Assembly: GCA_963851265.1 (NCBI GenBank)
Contig: CAWKNZ010000002.1
Coordinates: forward strand, 1,024,001 to 1,088,000
Direction: 5' to 3'
DNA: 64,000 bases
DNA from: an uncultured Gemmatimonadales bacterium
GTDB taxonomy: Bacteria; Gemmatimonadota; Gemmatimonadetes; Gemmatimonadales; Gemmatimonadaceae
Part shown: positions 32,467 to 43,522 of the stretch, in pieces
How positions within the stretch are numbered: position 1 is the first letter of the stretch
How the letters are laid out: each line of letters begins with the position of its first letter
Program-made: the position numbers and the translations under genes
Notes under the pieces: generated by a model
The model's database searches: none
Seen by the model: the letters and a program-made list of their open reading frames with translations, nothing else
Told to the model about the DNA's origin: nothing

Positions 32467-33792
32467 ATGGCCGCCCCTGTCCGGATCGACGAGTTGCGGC
32501 ATCGCTACGCCGCGCAGCCGCGCCGGTATCTCGCTCCACTTGCGAACGCGCTGCGGCAGGCGGGTGCGCTCGAGGAGGCGGTGACGATGTTGCGCGCGCA
32601 GTTGGCGGAGTACCCCGATCACCTGACGGGCCACGTCGTGCTCGGGCAGGCGCTCTTCGATACCGGCGCCCTCGCCGACGCTCGCGTCGCGTTTGAGGCC
32701 GCGCGTGCGCTCGACCCGGGGAACCGCGTCGTGCTGCGGCAACTCGGCGAAATCGCGAGTCTCGCAGGCGATCGTGAGGCCGCGCGGCGGTGGTTCGAGC
32801 GGCTCCGGGCTGCCGAACCGTATGCCGACGACGTCGGCGTCCAGCTCGGCGGCGCGTCGTTCACGCCGCCCGAAGCCGAGGACGTCGACGGTGTCGCGGG
32901 CGCGATCGAGCCGGATCGCGAGGTGCGCGGGCAGGTGATCGCGGCAGAGGTGCCGACGCTGGTGGCACCAGGACCGGAGCCCGAGGACGCCCGTGGTCCC
33001 GAGCTACTCGGCACCGACGCGTTCGAACCGCTCGAGTTCGCGCCGCACGAGTTCGCCCTGCACGAGCTTGCGCCGGTGACGACCGACACCGCCGCTTCGG
33101 AGCGCGTGGCGGTCGGAACGACGCAGGCCGACGCGGCTCCGCTCGATCCGGTGGTCGGGCTCGACCTCGCGCCGTCGGAAGCGCCAGCCGTCCTGGCCGA
33201 CGCCGACGTGGCCAACGCCGACGTGGCCAACGCCGACGTGGCCGATTCGCGCGCGTCGCGCGACGTCGGCCAGCTTCACGACGACGCCGCGGGGTTCGAG
33301 CACATCACCAACGGGCCGTTCGCGACCGAGACGATGGCCGGATTGCTCGCCGCACAGGGACACACCGACCAGGCGATCGCGCTGTACGAACGCCTGACAG
33401 CCGATCGCCCCGGCGATGCGGGGCTACGCGCCCGTCTGGGCGCGTTGCGCGGCGACGGGCCGAGCGACGCGCCCCCACCTGTGTCGCCGAGTTCGGCGCC
33501 CGTGAGCGGCACCAGCGACGCCGAACGGGGCGCGGTGCTCGCGGCCGCATTCGCGGACCCCTACGCGGATCTGTCGTTCGACCGGTTTTTCGCGGCCGCG
33601 CCTGCGGAGGCCGCGGGGCTCCCGCCATCGCCGCCGGCAAGAGCGGCGACGCCTTCGCCGCCCACGGGAGCGGCCGCGGCATCGAACGGCGACGATGCGT
33701 CGCTGGACACGCCGGACCCGATGCCTAACGGTGCGTCGGAGGATGCGGACCTGGCGCGGTTCGACACGTGGCTCCGCGACACGGCGGCGTGA
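32467..33792 (+). CDS. TPR protein with acidic linker
   Basis: N-terminal TPRs ([12 protein letters not shown]...GHVVLGQAL) and internal TPR motif [26 protein letters not shown]. Confidence 0.8.
   Translation: MAAPVRIDELRHRYAAQPRRYLAPLANALRQAGALEEAVTMLRAQLAEYPDHLTGHVVLGQALFDTGALADARVAFEAARALDPGNRVVLRQLGEIASLAGDREAARRWFERLRAAEPYADDVGVQLGGASFTPPEAEDVDGVAGAIEPDREVRGQVIAAEVPTLVAPGPEPEDARGPELLGTDAFEPLEFAPHEFALHELAPVTTDTAASERVAVGTTQADAAPLDPVVGLDLAPSEAPAVLADADVANADVANADVADSRASRDVGQLHDDAAGFEHITNGPFATETMAGLLAAQGHTDQAIALYERLTADRPGDAGLRARLGALRGDGPSDAPPPVSPSSAPVSGTSDAERGAVLAAAFADPYADLSFDRFFAAAPAEAAGLPPSPPARAATPSPPTGAAAASNGDDASLDTPDPMPNGASEDADLARFDTWLRDTAA
33202..33246 (+). repeat. 3 x 15-bp tandem repeat ([15 protein letters not shown])
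   Basis: GCCGACGTGGCCAAC twice, then GCCGACGTGGCCGAT. Confidence 0.85.
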
Positions 33793-33814
33793 CGGACCGC
33801 GCGATGCGCGGCCG

Positions 33815-34312
33815 ATGAGCGCGCCGTGGCGGGTCGCGGTGTTGAACGGCCCCAACCTGAACCTCCTCGGACGGCGCGAGCCGCAGCTGTATGGGCGCGA
33901 GACGCTGGCGGACGTCGAACGGCGGATGCGGATGCTGGGCGGTGACCTCGGCGCGGAGCTGTCGTTCGCGCAACACAACGGGGAGGGGGAACTCGTCAGC
34001 GCCGTGCACGCGTTCGCCGGCGCGGTCGACGCCGCAATCGTGAACGCGGGCGCGTACAGCCACACGAGTCTCGCATTGCGCGACGCGCTCGTCGGTGTCG
34101 CGGTCCCGTTCGTCGAAGTGCACGTCACCAACGTCTACGCCCGCGAGCGCGAGCGGCACCGATCGGCCCTCGCACCGGCGGCGGTCGGGACGATCGTCGG
34201 ATTCGGAATCTTCGGCTACGAACTCGCGCTCCGCGCGGTCGTCGCGGTTCTCGAGCGGACGCGCGGGTCGGCCGGCGCCGCACCGGCCTCATCGCCCGAC
34301 CACCGTTCATGA
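33815..34312 (+). CDS. aroQ: Type II 3-dehydroquinate dehydratase
   Basis: LNGPNLNLLGRREPQLYG, NAGAYSHTS and VEVH. Confidence 0.96.
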   Translation: MSAPWRVAVLNGPNLNLLGRREPQLYGRETLADVERRMRMLGGDLGAELSFAQHNGEGELVSAVHAFAGAVDAAIVNAGAYSHTSLALRDALVGVAVPFVEVHVTNVYARERERHRSALAPAAVGTIVGFGIFGYELALRAVVAVLERTRGSAGAAPASSPDHRS

Positions 34313-35400
34313 CTGACCACCGTTCCGCGCGCGTCGCGGCGCTCGTCGCACAGCTCGAGGTCGCGCACTTCGACGCGGTGCTGTTGACCGGACTCGCGAA
34401 CGTGCGCTACCTGACCGGGTTCAGCGGCACCAGCGCGCTCGCCGTCGTCACGCGTCGTGCCGACGTCCTGCTCATCACCGACTTCCGCTACCAGACGCAG
34501 GCCGCCGAACAGGTCGGGGGGGCCGCGCGCGTCGTCATCGAACAGGCGAGCCTCTGGAGCGGGCTCTGGCAGCAGCTGCCGCAGCTCGCGTACACGGAGG
34601 TCATCGGGTTCGAGAGTGCTCACCTCCTGCACCGCGACTTCCAGCGCCTGCTCGAAGCCGGGTCGCGCTGGTCGTGGCGCCCCACCACCGACCTCGTTGA
34701 GGCGTTGCGGGAGCGTAAGGACGCCGACGAGGTCGCGTGCGTACGGGCCGCGGGCGAGGTCGCGATGGCGGCGCTCGCGCGCACGCTCGACGACGTGAGG
34801 CCTGGGATGACGGAGCTGGGCGTGGCGGGGTTGCTCGAAGGGAACCTTCGCGCTGCCGGCAGCGAGGGGTTCCCGTTCGAAACCATCGTCGCAAGTGGGC
34901 CGCGTTCGGCGCTGCCGCATGCCCGCGCGTCCAATCGGGTGCTCGCGCGCGGCGACCTGCTGCTGGTCGACTTCGGAGCCGTGGTCGACGGCTACTGCGC
35001 GGACGTCACGCGCACGGTCGTCCTCGGGCCCCCGGACGACCGGCAGCGTGAGGTGCACGGGATCGTTCGAGCTGCCAACGAGCGCGCGTCGGCCCTGGTG
35101 CGCGCCGGCATGAGCGGGCGACAGGCCGACGCGCTGGCGCGCGACTTCATCGCCGCGCACGGTTTCGGCGACGCGTTCGGTCACTCGCTCGGGCACGGCC
35201 TCGGCCTCGAGGTGCACGAGGCGCCGCGCCTCGCGCGTACGGCTGACGCGGTCCTTCCGCCACAGGCCGTCGTCACGATCGAGCCGGGGATCTACCTGCC
35301 TGGTTGGGGCGGGGTTCGCGTCGAGGATGACGTGCACCTCGCGGCGGACGGTCCGGTGCTCCTGACCGACTTCTCGCGCGATCTGTTGACGATTTCGTAA
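34309..35400 (+). CDS. Xaa-Pro peptidase (M24B)
   Basis: YLTGF, TDFRY, SALPH, DFGA...YCADVTRT, HSLGHGLGLEVHE, TIEPGIY and GVRVED. Confidence 0.95.
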   Translation: MTDHRSARVAALVAQLEVAHFDAVLLTGLANVRYLTGFSGTSALAVVTRRADVLLITDFRYQTQAAEQVGGAARVVIEQASLWSGLWQQLPQLAYTEVIGFESAHLLHRDFQRLLEAGSRWSWRPTTDLVEALRERKDADEVACVRAAGEVAMAALARTLDDVRPGMTELGVAGLLEGNLRAAGSEGFPFETIVASGPRSALPHARASNRVLARGDLLLVDFGAVVDGYCADVTRTVVLGPPDDRQREVHGIVRAANERASALVRAGMSGRQADALARDFIAAHGFGDAFGHSLGHGLGLEVHEAPRLARTADAVLPPQAVVTIEPGIYLPGWGGVRVEDDVHLAADGPVLLTDFSRDLLTIS

Positions 35401-35571
35401 GCGGGCACGGGTGGTGGGGGCCGCCCGGCGCTCCCGTCCGCGTGCTCGTCGTGCTACCCTCCCCGGTCTTCCGCGGATTGGATCTCCGCGGGCCAGGCTT
35501 CCGCGCGCCGGGCGTTCGCCCGACCGCCGCGGCGTTCGCCGTCGCGCGTCGCGCTTCCTTCCTCGCTCCTG

Positions 35572-36099
35572 ATGATCGACCTCCGCTACGTCAAGAAGCT
35601 CATCGAGATGCTGGACGCGTCGTCCGTCGATTCGATCGAGATTTCGTCCGACAAGGGGATGAAGCTGCGCATCGCGAAGACGCCGACGCAGCGCGGCGCG
35701 CCGATGGTCGCCGCGCCCTTGCCCGCGGTTCCCGCGGTGCTCGCGGGCGGGGCGGTTGTTTCGGGCGCGCTGGGCGCCGCGACCGGCGCGGCACCGCTCG
35801 CGGCCGCTCCGGTCGCGGCGCCCGCGCCCGCCGCGCCCGCGCCGCCGACCCCGAGCGGAGTCGAGATCACCTCACCGATGGTCGGCACGTTCTACAGCTC
35901 GGCGGAGCCTGGCGCGCCGGCGTTCGTCACCGTCGGCCAGCGCGTGAGCAAGGGCCAGGTCGTGTGCATCATCGAGGCGATGAAGATCATGAACGAGATC
36001 GAGAGCGATCACGACGGCGTGGTCACGGCGGTTCTCGCCGAGAACGCCCACCCGGTCGAGTACGGACAGGCGCTGTACCGCGTCGATCCGAACGGCTGA
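35572..36099 (+). CDS. accB: Acetyl-CoA carboxylase biotin carboxyl carrier protein
   Basis: SPMVGTFY and [10 protein letters not shown] biotinylation motif. Confidence 0.97.
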   Translation: MIDLRYVKKLIEMLDASSVDSIEISSDKGMKLRIAKTPTQRGAPMVAAPLPAVPAVLAGGAVVSGALGAATGAAPLAAAPVAAPAPAAPAPPTPSGVEITSPMVGTFYSSAEPGAPAFVTVGQRVSKGQVVCIIEAMKIMNEIESDHDGVVTAVLAENAHPVEYGQALYRVDPNG

Positions 36100-36112
36100 C
36101 GCGTCGCGCTTC

Positions 36113-37537
36113 GTGTTCAACAAGGTTCTCATCGCCAACCGGGGCGAGATCGCGCTCCGCGTCATCCGCGCCTGCCGCGAGCTCGGCGTCGACGCCGTTG
36201 CGGTCTACTCCGAGGCGGACCGTGAATCGCTGCACGTGCGCTTCGCGGACGACGACGTGTGCATCGGCCCGGCGGCGGGTCGCGAATCGTACCTCAACAT
36301 CCCGCGGCTGATAGCGGCCGCGGAAATCACCGGCGCCGACGCGATCCACCCGGGCTACGGATTCCTGGCCGAGAACGCGGAGTTCGCCGAGACGTGCGCG
36401 GCGAGCGGCATTGCGTTCATCGGTCCGACCGCGTCACAGATCCGCACGATGGGCGACAAGTCGGCGGCGCGCCGCGCGATGGCCGACGTGGGCGTTCCGA
36501 TCGTGCCCGGCACGCCCGGCCCCGTCGAAGACCCCGCCGAGGCGCTCGGCTTCGCCGAAACGATCGGTTTTCCGGTCATCATCAAGGCGGCGGCCGGCGG
36601 GGGCGGGAAGGGGATGCGCGTCTCGCACGACCCGGACGACTTCCTGCGGGCGTTCCAGCTCGCACGCTCGGAAGCGTTAGGCGCGTTCGGGAACGGCGAC
36701 GTGTACATCGAGAAGTACCTCGAGCGCCCGCGCCACGTCGAGTTCCAGATCCTCGGCGACCAGTTCGGCCACGTGATCCACCTCGGCGAGCGCGACTGCT
36801 CGGTGCAGCGGCGGCACCAGAAGCTCGTCGAGGAGGCGCCGTGTCCGGTGATCACGCCCGAGCTGCGCGAGGCCATGGGCGATGCGGCCGTTCGCGGTGC
36901 GAAGGCGATCGACTACGTCGGCGCGGGCACGGTCGAGATGCTGCTCAACGCGGACGGCGCGTTCTACTTCATGGAGATGAACACGCGCATCCAGGTCGAG
37001 CACCCGGTCACGGAGATGCTGACCGGCGTGGACCTCGTGAAGGAGCAGATCCGCGTCGCCGCCGGGGAGCCGCTCTCGGTCCGTGCGATGCCGCCGCTGC
37101 GCGGGCACGTGATCGAGTGCCGCGTGAATGCGGAGGACCCGACGCGCAACTTCCAGCCATCGCCTGGTCACATCACGACCTTTCACCCGCCCGGCGGGCC
37201 GGGCGTGCGTCTCGACACGCACGTGTACGCGGGCTACACGGTGCCGCCCTACTACGACTCGCTCATCGCCAAGCTGATCGTCCAAGGGAGCGACCGGGAG
37301 GAGGCACTCCGGCGCATGCAACTCGCGCTCGAGACGTTCATCATCGAGGGCGTCGCGACGACGATGCCGTTTCTCGCCGTGGTGATGCAGGATGCGCAGT
37401 TCCGAGCGGCGGACGTTGACACGAAGTGGTTGGAGCGCAATTTCGACCGCCTCCGCGGCGAACTCGCGCAGGCCGAGCAGGCCCGCGCCGACGCGGCGCG
37501 CGTCGAGCCGCGCGCGATCACGCACGTCCCGCGGTAG
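36113..37537 (+). CDS. accC: Biotin carboxylase
   Basis: [46 protein letters not shown] and YYDSLIAK. Confidence 0.98.
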   Translation: MFNKVLIANRGEIALRVIRACRELGVDAVAVYSEADRESLHVRFADDDVCIGPAAGRESYLNIPRLIAAAEITGADAIHPGYGFLAENAEFAETCAASGIAFIGPTASQIRTMGDKSAARRAMADVGVPIVPGTPGPVEDPAEALGFAETIGFPVIIKAAAGGGGKGMRVSHDPDDFLRAFQLARSEALGAFGNGDVYIEKYLERPRHVEFQILGDQFGHVIHLGERDCSVQRRHQKLVEEAPCPVITPELREAMGDAAVRGAKAIDYVGAGTVEMLLNADGAFYFMEMNTRIQVEHPVTEMLTGVDLVKEQIRVAAGEPLSVRAMPPLRGHVIECRVNAEDPTRNFQPSPGHITTFHPPGGPGVRLDTHVYAGYTVPPYYDSLIAKLIVQGSDREEALRRMQLALETFIIEGVATTMPFLAVVMQDAQFRAADVDTKWLERNFDRLRGELAQAEQARADAARVEPRAITHVPR

Positions 37538-37669
37538 CGGGGCGCGTCACAGCGGTCGCGTGCCCGGCGCCCGGTTCGGCGTCGGCGCCGCGCCGAGGTG
37601 GGCCGTGCGGCGCGACACGCCGCGCGTAGATTCGTGGAAGGGTTCGGACCGCGCGTCGCGCACACGAGG

Positions 37670-40201
37670 ATGATGACGGCTTTGCGGGGATGGGTGGCGG
37701 CCGCGTTTGGGACGGGCGCGGCTCACGACGCGGGGGTCGCGCTCTCCCCCGAGCGTGCGCGGCGGCGCGAGTACGAGCGCTCGGAACTGGCCGGGCTGGC
37801 GTGGCTCGCGCTCGGGCTGTTCCTCGCCGTCGCGCTCGGGCTCAAGGCCGTACAGACCGCCTTCGGCCACGCGGGCGGCGGCTTGGGTGCGGTCGGCTCG
37901 TTCGCGGCCGGCGCGCTCGTGACCGCCCTCGGCTGGAGCGGCGCCGTGCTCGTGCCCGCGGCGCCGCTCGCGCACGCGCTGCGCGGCTTCGGGCGCCTCG
38001 CGCCGGCGGACGACCGGCGCTGGCTCGCATTGTTAGGCGGCCTCGCGCTGCTCGTCCCAGTCGCCGTGGCCCTCGCCGTCGGTGCGGGTCGCGGCGAACT
38101 CAGCGCGGCGGCCGGGCTCTGGGGCGGGTTCGCCGCGTTCTCCGCGCGCGAGTTGTTAGGGACGGCCGGCGGCTGGATCGTCGTGCTGTTCGCGTCGTCG
38201 GCGCTCCTCGTGCGCACCGTGGCGTGGAATCCGGTTCGCGCGCTGCTCCGCCCGCGCCGGCGCGGCGCGCCCGTGCTCACGTATGCGGAGGTCCTCGGCG
38301 ATGAGACGCCCGCGGATCGCGGGCGACGCGGGCGCAGGAAGTCGCTGCCGCTGGACCTTGCGCGTGCGCTCGAACCCGCGCCGGAGGAGATGCCAGCCGC
38401 GGATCGCGCGATGCTCGAAGCCGCCAGGGAGTTTCCGCGCCCGGCCGCGGCCGGAGACGGGAGCGGTGTCGCGTCCGCGGTGGCCGAGGTCGAGGGCGCG
38501 CGCCGCGGCAAGAAGGTGCGCGGTGGCACGCTGGGCGTCGCGCAGCCGGTGCTCGAACAGATCCGGAGCGACGTGGCCGCCGAAGCCGCCGCGGAGGCGG
38601 GCGGCGCCGAAGTGCTCGCCGAACGGCCGCCGCGCGAGCTGCTGGACGCGGCGCCGCCGCGGAACTCCGAGGTGAGTCGGCGCGAGCTGGACCTCGCGGG
38701 CGCGCGGCTCGAGGAGGTGCTGCGGACGTTCCGCATCGACGGCCAGATCACCGGGCGCACGGTCGGGCCGACGGTGACGCAGTTCGAGTACACGCCCGCG
38801 GCCGGCGTGAAGGTACGGCAGATCGCGTCGCTCGCGGACGACCTGGCGCTCGCGATGCGCGCGCCGAGTATCCGCATCGTCGCACCGATTCCGGGCAAGG
38901 GAGCCGTCGGCATCGAGGTGCCCAACGCGACGCGCGAGATGGTCGCGTTCCGCGACCTCGTCGAGAGTCGCGAGTTTCAGGACGCGAAAGCTGCGCTGCC
39001 TGTCGCGTTGGGCAAGGATCTCGAAGGGCGCACGATCGTCGCCGACCTCGCCAAGATGCCGCACCTGCTCATCGCGGGCGCGACGGGCGCCGGGAAAAGC
39101 GTGTGCGTGAACACGATCATCACGTCGCTCGTCTACCGGCACACGCCGCGGACGCTGCGCTTCCTGATGGTAGACCCGAAGATGGTCGAGCTGTCGGTGT
39201 ACAACGACCTGCCGCACATGCGGCACAAAGTGATCACCGACAGCAAGGACGCCGCCGCCGTTCTCAAGTGGGCGCTCATGGAGATGGAGGAGCGCTACGC
39301 GCTGCTGGCCGAAAACGGCTGCCGCAACCTCCAGGACTTCAACCGGCGCGTGCGCCAGCACGCCGACGGTGCGGGCGCCCCGTTGAAGGCGAAGGTCCCG
39401 TCCGACACGGGCTTTCTGTACAACGAGTACACGAAGGGCGAGTTGCCGTACGTCGTCGTGGTGATCGACGAGATGGCCGACCTGATGATGACCGTGCAGG
39501 GCGAGGTCGAGACGCCGATCGCGCGCCTGGCGCAGAAGGCGCGCGCGATCGGGATCCACCTCATCATCGCGACGCAGCGGCCGAGCGTGAATGTCATCAC
39601 CGGTCTGATCAAGGCGAACTTCCCGAGCCGCATCGCGTTCCGGGTCGCGTCGCAAATCGACAGTCGCACCATCATCGACGGCGCCGGGGCCGAGTTGCTG
39701 CTCGGGAACGGCGACCTGCTCTTCATTCCGCCGGGCAGCAGCGCGCCGTCGCGCATCCAGGGCGCGTACCTGTCGAGCGAGGAGACCGAGCGCCTGATGG
39801 GTTGGTACCGCGACCGGGCCGAAGGGACCTCGGCGGAAGGGCGCGCGCGGGCCGCCGGTGTGGACGCGGAGATCGCGGCGCGCGACGGCGACGAGGAGGA
39901 CATCCTCGAGGTCGTGCGCCGTCGCGAGGCGCTCGACGCCGGGTCCGGCGCGGGCGACGACGAGCCAGCGGCGGGCGAACGCGACAAGCTGTTCTACGAG
40001 GCGGCAGAGGCGTGTATCCAGCACCAGGGCGGGTCCACGTCGTTGCTCCAGCGCCGGCTGAAGATCGGGTACGGTCGTGCCGCGCGGATCATCGATCAGC
40101 TGAACGCGGCCGGCGTACTCGGGCCGCCCGACGGTTCGAAGCCGCGCGACGTGCTCGTCGGGCTCGAAGACCTGCACCGGCTCCCCGCCGGGCGCGAGTG
40201 A
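37670..40201 (+). CDS. ftsK: DNA translocase FtsK
   Basis: N-terminal TM region, MPHLLIAGATGAGKS, DPKMVEL, IDEMADLMM, ATQRPS and gamma domain LQRRLKIGYGRAAR. Confidence 0.97.
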   Translation: MMTALRGWVAAAFGTGAAHDAGVALSPERARRREYERSELAGLAWLALGLFLAVALGLKAVQTAFGHAGGGLGAVGSFAAGALVTALGWSGAVLVPAAPLAHALRGFGRLAPADDRRWLALLGGLALLVPVAVALAVGAGRGELSAAAGLWGGFAAFSARELLGTAGGWIVVLFASSALLVRTVAWNPVRALLRPRRRGAPVLTYAEVLGDETPADRGRRGRRKSLPLDLARALEPAPEEMPAADRAMLEAAREFPRPAAAGDGSGVASAVAEVEGARRGKKVRGGTLGVAQPVLEQIRSDVAAEAAAEAGGAEVLAERPPRELLDAAPPRNSEVSRRELDLAGARLEEVLRTFRIDGQITGRTVGPTVTQFEYTPAAGVKVRQIASLADDLALAMRAPSIRIVAPIPGKGAVGIEVPNATREMVAFRDLVESREFQDAKAALPVALGKDLEGRTIVADLAKMPHLLIAGATGAGKSVCVNTIITSLVYRHTPRTLRFLMVDPKMVELSVYNDLPHMRHKVITDSKDAAAVLKWALMEMEERYALLAENGCRNLQDFNRRVRQHADGAGAPLKAKVPSDTGFLYNEYTKGELPYVVVVIDEMADLMMTVQGEVETPIARLAQKARAIGIHLIIATQRPSVNVITGLIKANFPSRIAFRVASQIDSRTIIDGAGAELLLGNGDLLFIPPGSSAPSRIQGAYLSSEETERLMGWYRDRAEGTSAEGRARAAGVDAEIAARDGDEEDILEVVRRREALDAGSGAGDDEPAAGERDKLFYEAAEACIQHQGGSTSLLQRRLKIGYGRAARIIDQLNAAGVLGPPDGSKPRDVLVGLEDLHRLPAGRE

Positions 40202-40231
40202 GCGTCGCACGCGACGACGATCGGTGAGCGT

Positions 40232-41059
40232 GTGATCCTGCTCGACCCCGACGCCCGGCTCGTCATCGCGCATCGCGGGGATTCGGCGCACGCGCCGGAG
40301 AATACGATCGAGAGTTTCGCTCGGGCCGTCGAGTTGGGCGCGCACGCGCTCGAATTCGACTGTCGCGTGTCGGCGGACGGCGTCGCGATGGTCGTGCACG
40401 ACGAGATGCTGGACCGGACCACCGACGCGCGCGGCCTTGTACGCGCGCTGACCGCCGACAGGTTAGGTGAGGTCGACGCGGGCGCGCGCTTCGTCGCCGA
40501 CCGCGCCGGCTCGCGTCCCTTCGCCGGGCGCGGGATCGGGGTGCCCACGCTCGACGCGGTCCTCGGTGCGTTCCCGGGAGTCCCCGTGCTGATCGAGGTC
40601 AAGGAACTCGCCGCGTGTGACGCCGTGCGCGCCACGCTGGATCGTCATGCCGCAGTCGATCGCGCAGTCGTCGCATCGTTCCGCGACGACGTGGTGGCCT
40701 ACTTCCGCGGGACGGCGTACCCGACGGGCGCGGCGCAGGGGGACGTGGTCCGACTGCTCCGTGCGGCGGTCACGGGCGGACGCATCGTCCCGGCGTACCG
40801 CGCGGCGTCGATCCCACCGTCGTACCGCGGGCTTCCGCTGCCGCTCGGACGATTCGCGCGGCTACTCGCTCCGTTCGGCGTACCCGTGCACGTGTGGACG
40901 GTCGACGACGCGCGCGCGGCCACGCGGCTGTGGGATGTGGGCGTGAGCGGGATCGTGTCGAATGCCCCGGGCGTCGTGCTCCACGCGCTGCGCGGGCGCC
41001 AACCGACCGGCCGCGAACCGTCCGGGCGCGGTGGGCAGGCGGTCGCGCGCGAGGTTTGA
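40232..41059 (+). CDS. Glycerophosphodiester phosphodiesterase family protein
   Basis: AHRG, PENT, EFD, VHD...RTT, VPTL, EVK and VWTVD. Confidence 0.92.
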   Translation: MILLDPDARLVIAHRGDSAHAPENTIESFARAVELGAHALEFDCRVSADGVAMVVHDEMLDRTTDARGLVRALTADRLGEVDAGARFVADRAGSRPFAGRGIGVPTLDAVLGAFPGVPVLIEVKELAACDAVRATLDRHAAVDRAVVASFRDDVVAYFRGTAYPTGAAQGDVVRLLRAAVTGGRIVPAYRAASIPPSYRGLPLPLGRFARLLAPFGVPVHVWTVDDARAATRLWDVGVSGIVSNAPGVVLHALRGRQPTGREPSGRGGQAVAREV

Positions 41060-41117
41060 GCCCACTTTGACACGTTCTGATGCACGCGGAACGGGACGTC
41101 TCGCGTAGCCTGGGCCC

Positions 41118-41585
41118 GTGCTCAACATCTCAAGCGCCCGAGCGCAGGCCGCGCTCGCAAGACGACCGACGGTGGACGCGTCGCGACCGGCGGCCGACGT
41201 CGAGGCTTGCGTCGACCCGCGGCAGGCGCTCGGGATCGCCGGTGAGCGCGTCGCGGAGCGGTGGCTGCGGGCTCGCGGATGGACGGTCGTGAGTCGTCGA
41301 TTCCGATCGGGCCACCGCGATCTCGACCTCGTGGTCGCGCGTCCGGGGCTGGTCGCGTTCGTCGAGGTGAAGGCGCGTCGGGGCCCCGCGTTCGGCGGTC
41401 CTCTGGAAGCCGTACACTGGCGGAAGCGGCGCGAACTGGTGCGGAGCGCGCACGCATGGATCGCGCGTCACGGGGGCGGCGCGACGGCGTACCGATTCGA
41501 CGTGATCGGGGTAGTGTTCGGCCGTGGCAAGAGGCCCGTCGTGCGGGTTCGACACGTCGCGGACGCGTTCCAAGTGCCCACGTGA
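41118..41585 (+). CDS. yraN: YraN (UPF0102) family protein
   Basis: LGIAGERVAERWL, DLDLV, FVEVKAR and YRFDVI; start uncertain. Confidence 0.9.
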   Translation: MLNISSARAQAALARRPTVDASRPAADVEACVDPRQALGIAGERVAERWLRARGWTVVSRRFRSGHRDLDLVVARPGLVAFVEVKARRGPAFGGPLEAVHWRKRRELVRSAHAWIARHGGGATAYRFDVIGVVFGRGKRPVVRVRHVADAFQVPT

Positions 41586-41612
41586 CAACACGTTACAACG
41601 CACTCGCGGCGC

Positions 41613-41641
41613 TTGCGCCTGCGGTGACTTCTTCGTATTTT
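41613..41641 (+). promoter_or_regulatory. Putative recA promoter
   Basis: TTGCGC-N17-TATTTT about 90 nt upstream of the recA ATG. Confidence 0.5.
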
Positions 41642-41732
41642 GTTCGGGTGCTTCACGTCCTCGTCCTGTCGTCCGGCAGGCGACGTCGTGCGGGCAGTTG
41701 CGGCCAGGACCCTTCAACGACTTGAGGCGAGT

Positions 41733-42776
41733 ATGGCGACGACGGTGCAAGGCGACGACAAGAAGAAGGCGTTGAACCTGGCCATTGCGCAGATCGAGAA
41801 GAATTGCGGCAAGGGCTCGATCATGCGCATGGGGACGGACACGAAGGTCAAGGTCGAGTCGATCCCGACGGGCGCGATCAACCTCGACGCGGCGATCGGG
41901 ATCGGCGGCGTGCCGAAGGGTCGTATCACGGAGATCTACGGGCCGGAGTCGTCGGGGAAGACGACGCTCTGTCTGCACGTCGTCGCGAACGCGCAGAAGG
42001 CGGGAGGCGTCGCGGCCTACATCGACGCGGAGCACGCGCTCGACACCGAGTATGCACGGAAGCTTGGCGTCGACATCGAGGCGCTGCTGATTTCGCAGCC
42101 GGACACCGGTGAGCAGGCGCTCGAGATCTGCGACATCCTCGTGCGCTCGGGCGCCGTCGACGTGATCGTGATCGACTCGGTGGCCGCGCTCGTACCGAAG
42201 GCGGAGATTGAGGGCGACATGGGGGATAGCCACGTCGGGCTGCAGGCGCGCCTCATGAGTCAGGCGCTCCGGAAGCTGACCGGTGCGATCGCTCGCTCGA
42301 AGACTTCCGTGGTGTTCATCAACCAGCTGCGCGAGAAGATCGGCGTGATGTTCGGCAACCCGGAGACGACGACGGGTGGCAAGGCGCTCAAGTTCTACGC
42401 GTCGGTGCGCATGGACATTCGGCGTATCGGACCGGTGAAGGACAAGGAGGACGTGGTGGGCTCGCACGTCCGCGTGAAGGTGGTGAAGAACAAGGTCGCG
42501 CCGCCGTTCCGTCAGGCGGAGTTCGACATCATGTACGCCGAGGGGATCAGCCACGCGTCGCTCGTGCTCGACATCGCGAGTGAGGCGGGGATCATCGAGA
42601 AGTCGGGCGCGTGGTACAGCTACCAGGGTCAGCGGATCGGGCAGGGGCGTGAGAACGCGAAGATGTTCCTGAAGGACAACCCGACCCTGATGGCCGACGT
42701 CGAGGAGAAGGTGAAGGGCATCCTCGGCATTACGGGCGAGGTTGGCGCGGAGACGGCGGAACCCGGCGAGGAGTGA
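41733..42776 (+). CDS. recA: Recombinase RecA
   Basis: [52 protein letters not shown] and KNKVAPPF. Confidence 0.99.
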   Translation: MATTVQGDDKKKALNLAIAQIEKNCGKGSIMRMGTDTKVKVESIPTGAINLDAAIGIGGVPKGRITEIYGPESSGKTTLCLHVVANAQKAGGVAAYIDAEHALDTEYARKLGVDIEALLISQPDTGEQALEICDILVRSGAVDVIVIDSVAALVPKAEIEGDMGDSHVGLQARLMSQALRKLTGAIARSKTSVVFINQLREKIGVMFGNPETTTGGKALKFYASVRMDIRRIGPVKDKEDVVGSHVRVKVVKNKVAPPFRQAEFDIMYAEGISHASLVLDIASEAGIIEKSGAWYSYQGQRIGQGRENAKMFLKDNPTLMADVEEKVKGILGITGEVGAETAEPGEE

Positions 42777-43522
42777 TGCGTCGCGCGCCGGCGCGTGCCG
42801 AGTCGCCGGCGCAGCCGCCGGTTCGGGCGGGGGTCATCACGGAGATGGTCCCCGCGACCCGACGCGCCGGCCGGTGGGAGCTGTCCATCGAGGGGAGGTC
42901 GGTCGGCGTCGTGTCGATCGACCTCGTCGAGCGCATGGGCGTGCGGGTCGGTCGGGCGCTCGACGACGCGGCAGCGGCGCAGCTCTCAGACGGCATCATG
43001 GAGCTGTCCGTGTACGACAGCGCGCTCGGGATGCTCGCGGCTCGTGCGCGATCGTCGCGCGATCTGCGTCACCGGCTGATTCGCGGGGGCGCATCGCCGG
43101 TCCACGCCGACGCCGCGATCGCGCGGTTGCAGGAGGCGGGCTTCCTCGACGATTCGGAGTACGCACGGCAGGTGGCGAGAAGCCGCGTCTCGACGCGCGG
43201 GGATTCGCGGAGGCGCGTGTCGCAAGCGCTCGCGCAGGCGGGCGTCGCGCGGTCGACTGCCGACGAGGCGGTTGCGGAGGTCTTCGTCGACGAGGCCGTG
43301 GACGAAGTCGCGCTCGTCGAACAGGCGGCTCGCAAGCGCGTCCGGAGCCTGGGTGGGCTCGATTCCGCGGTGCGACGGCGACGGCTGTACGGCTACCTGG
43401 CGCGGCGAGGGCACGACGGCGCCGTGATCCGCGACGTCGTCGATCGCGTGCTCGGCGAGAAGTCAGAGGGCGCGGACGATGAGTCCGACCCGTTCGGGTC
43501 GGCCGAGACCGTGACGGAGTAG
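42776..43522 (+). CDS. recX: Regulatory protein RecX
   Basis: Overlaps the recA stop; LAARARSSRDL, GFLDDSEYA and YLARRG motifs. Confidence 0.92.
   Translation: MRRAPARAESPAQPPVRAGVITEMVPATRRAGRWELSIEGRSVGVVSIDLVERMGVRVGRALDDAAAAQLSDGIMELSVYDSALGMLAARARSSRDLRHRLIRGGASPVHADAAIARLQEAGFLDDSEYARQVARSRVSTRGDSRRRVSQALAQAGVARSTADEAVAEVFVDEAVDEVALVEQAARKRVRSLGGLDSAVRRRRLYGYLARRGHDGAVIRDVVDRVLGEKSEGADDESDPFGSAETVTE

Noticed and set aside
33202..33246. Short tandem repeats here and at 7518-7553 as CRISPR or phase-variation tracts
   Set aside because: They are in-frame multiples of 3 with three copies and no spacers, consistent with simple slippage in linker regions.
41067..41072. Perfect TTGACA upstream of yraN as a -35 element
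   Set aside because: There is no TAnnnT 16-18 nt downstream; the nearest -10-like hexamer is 33 nt away.
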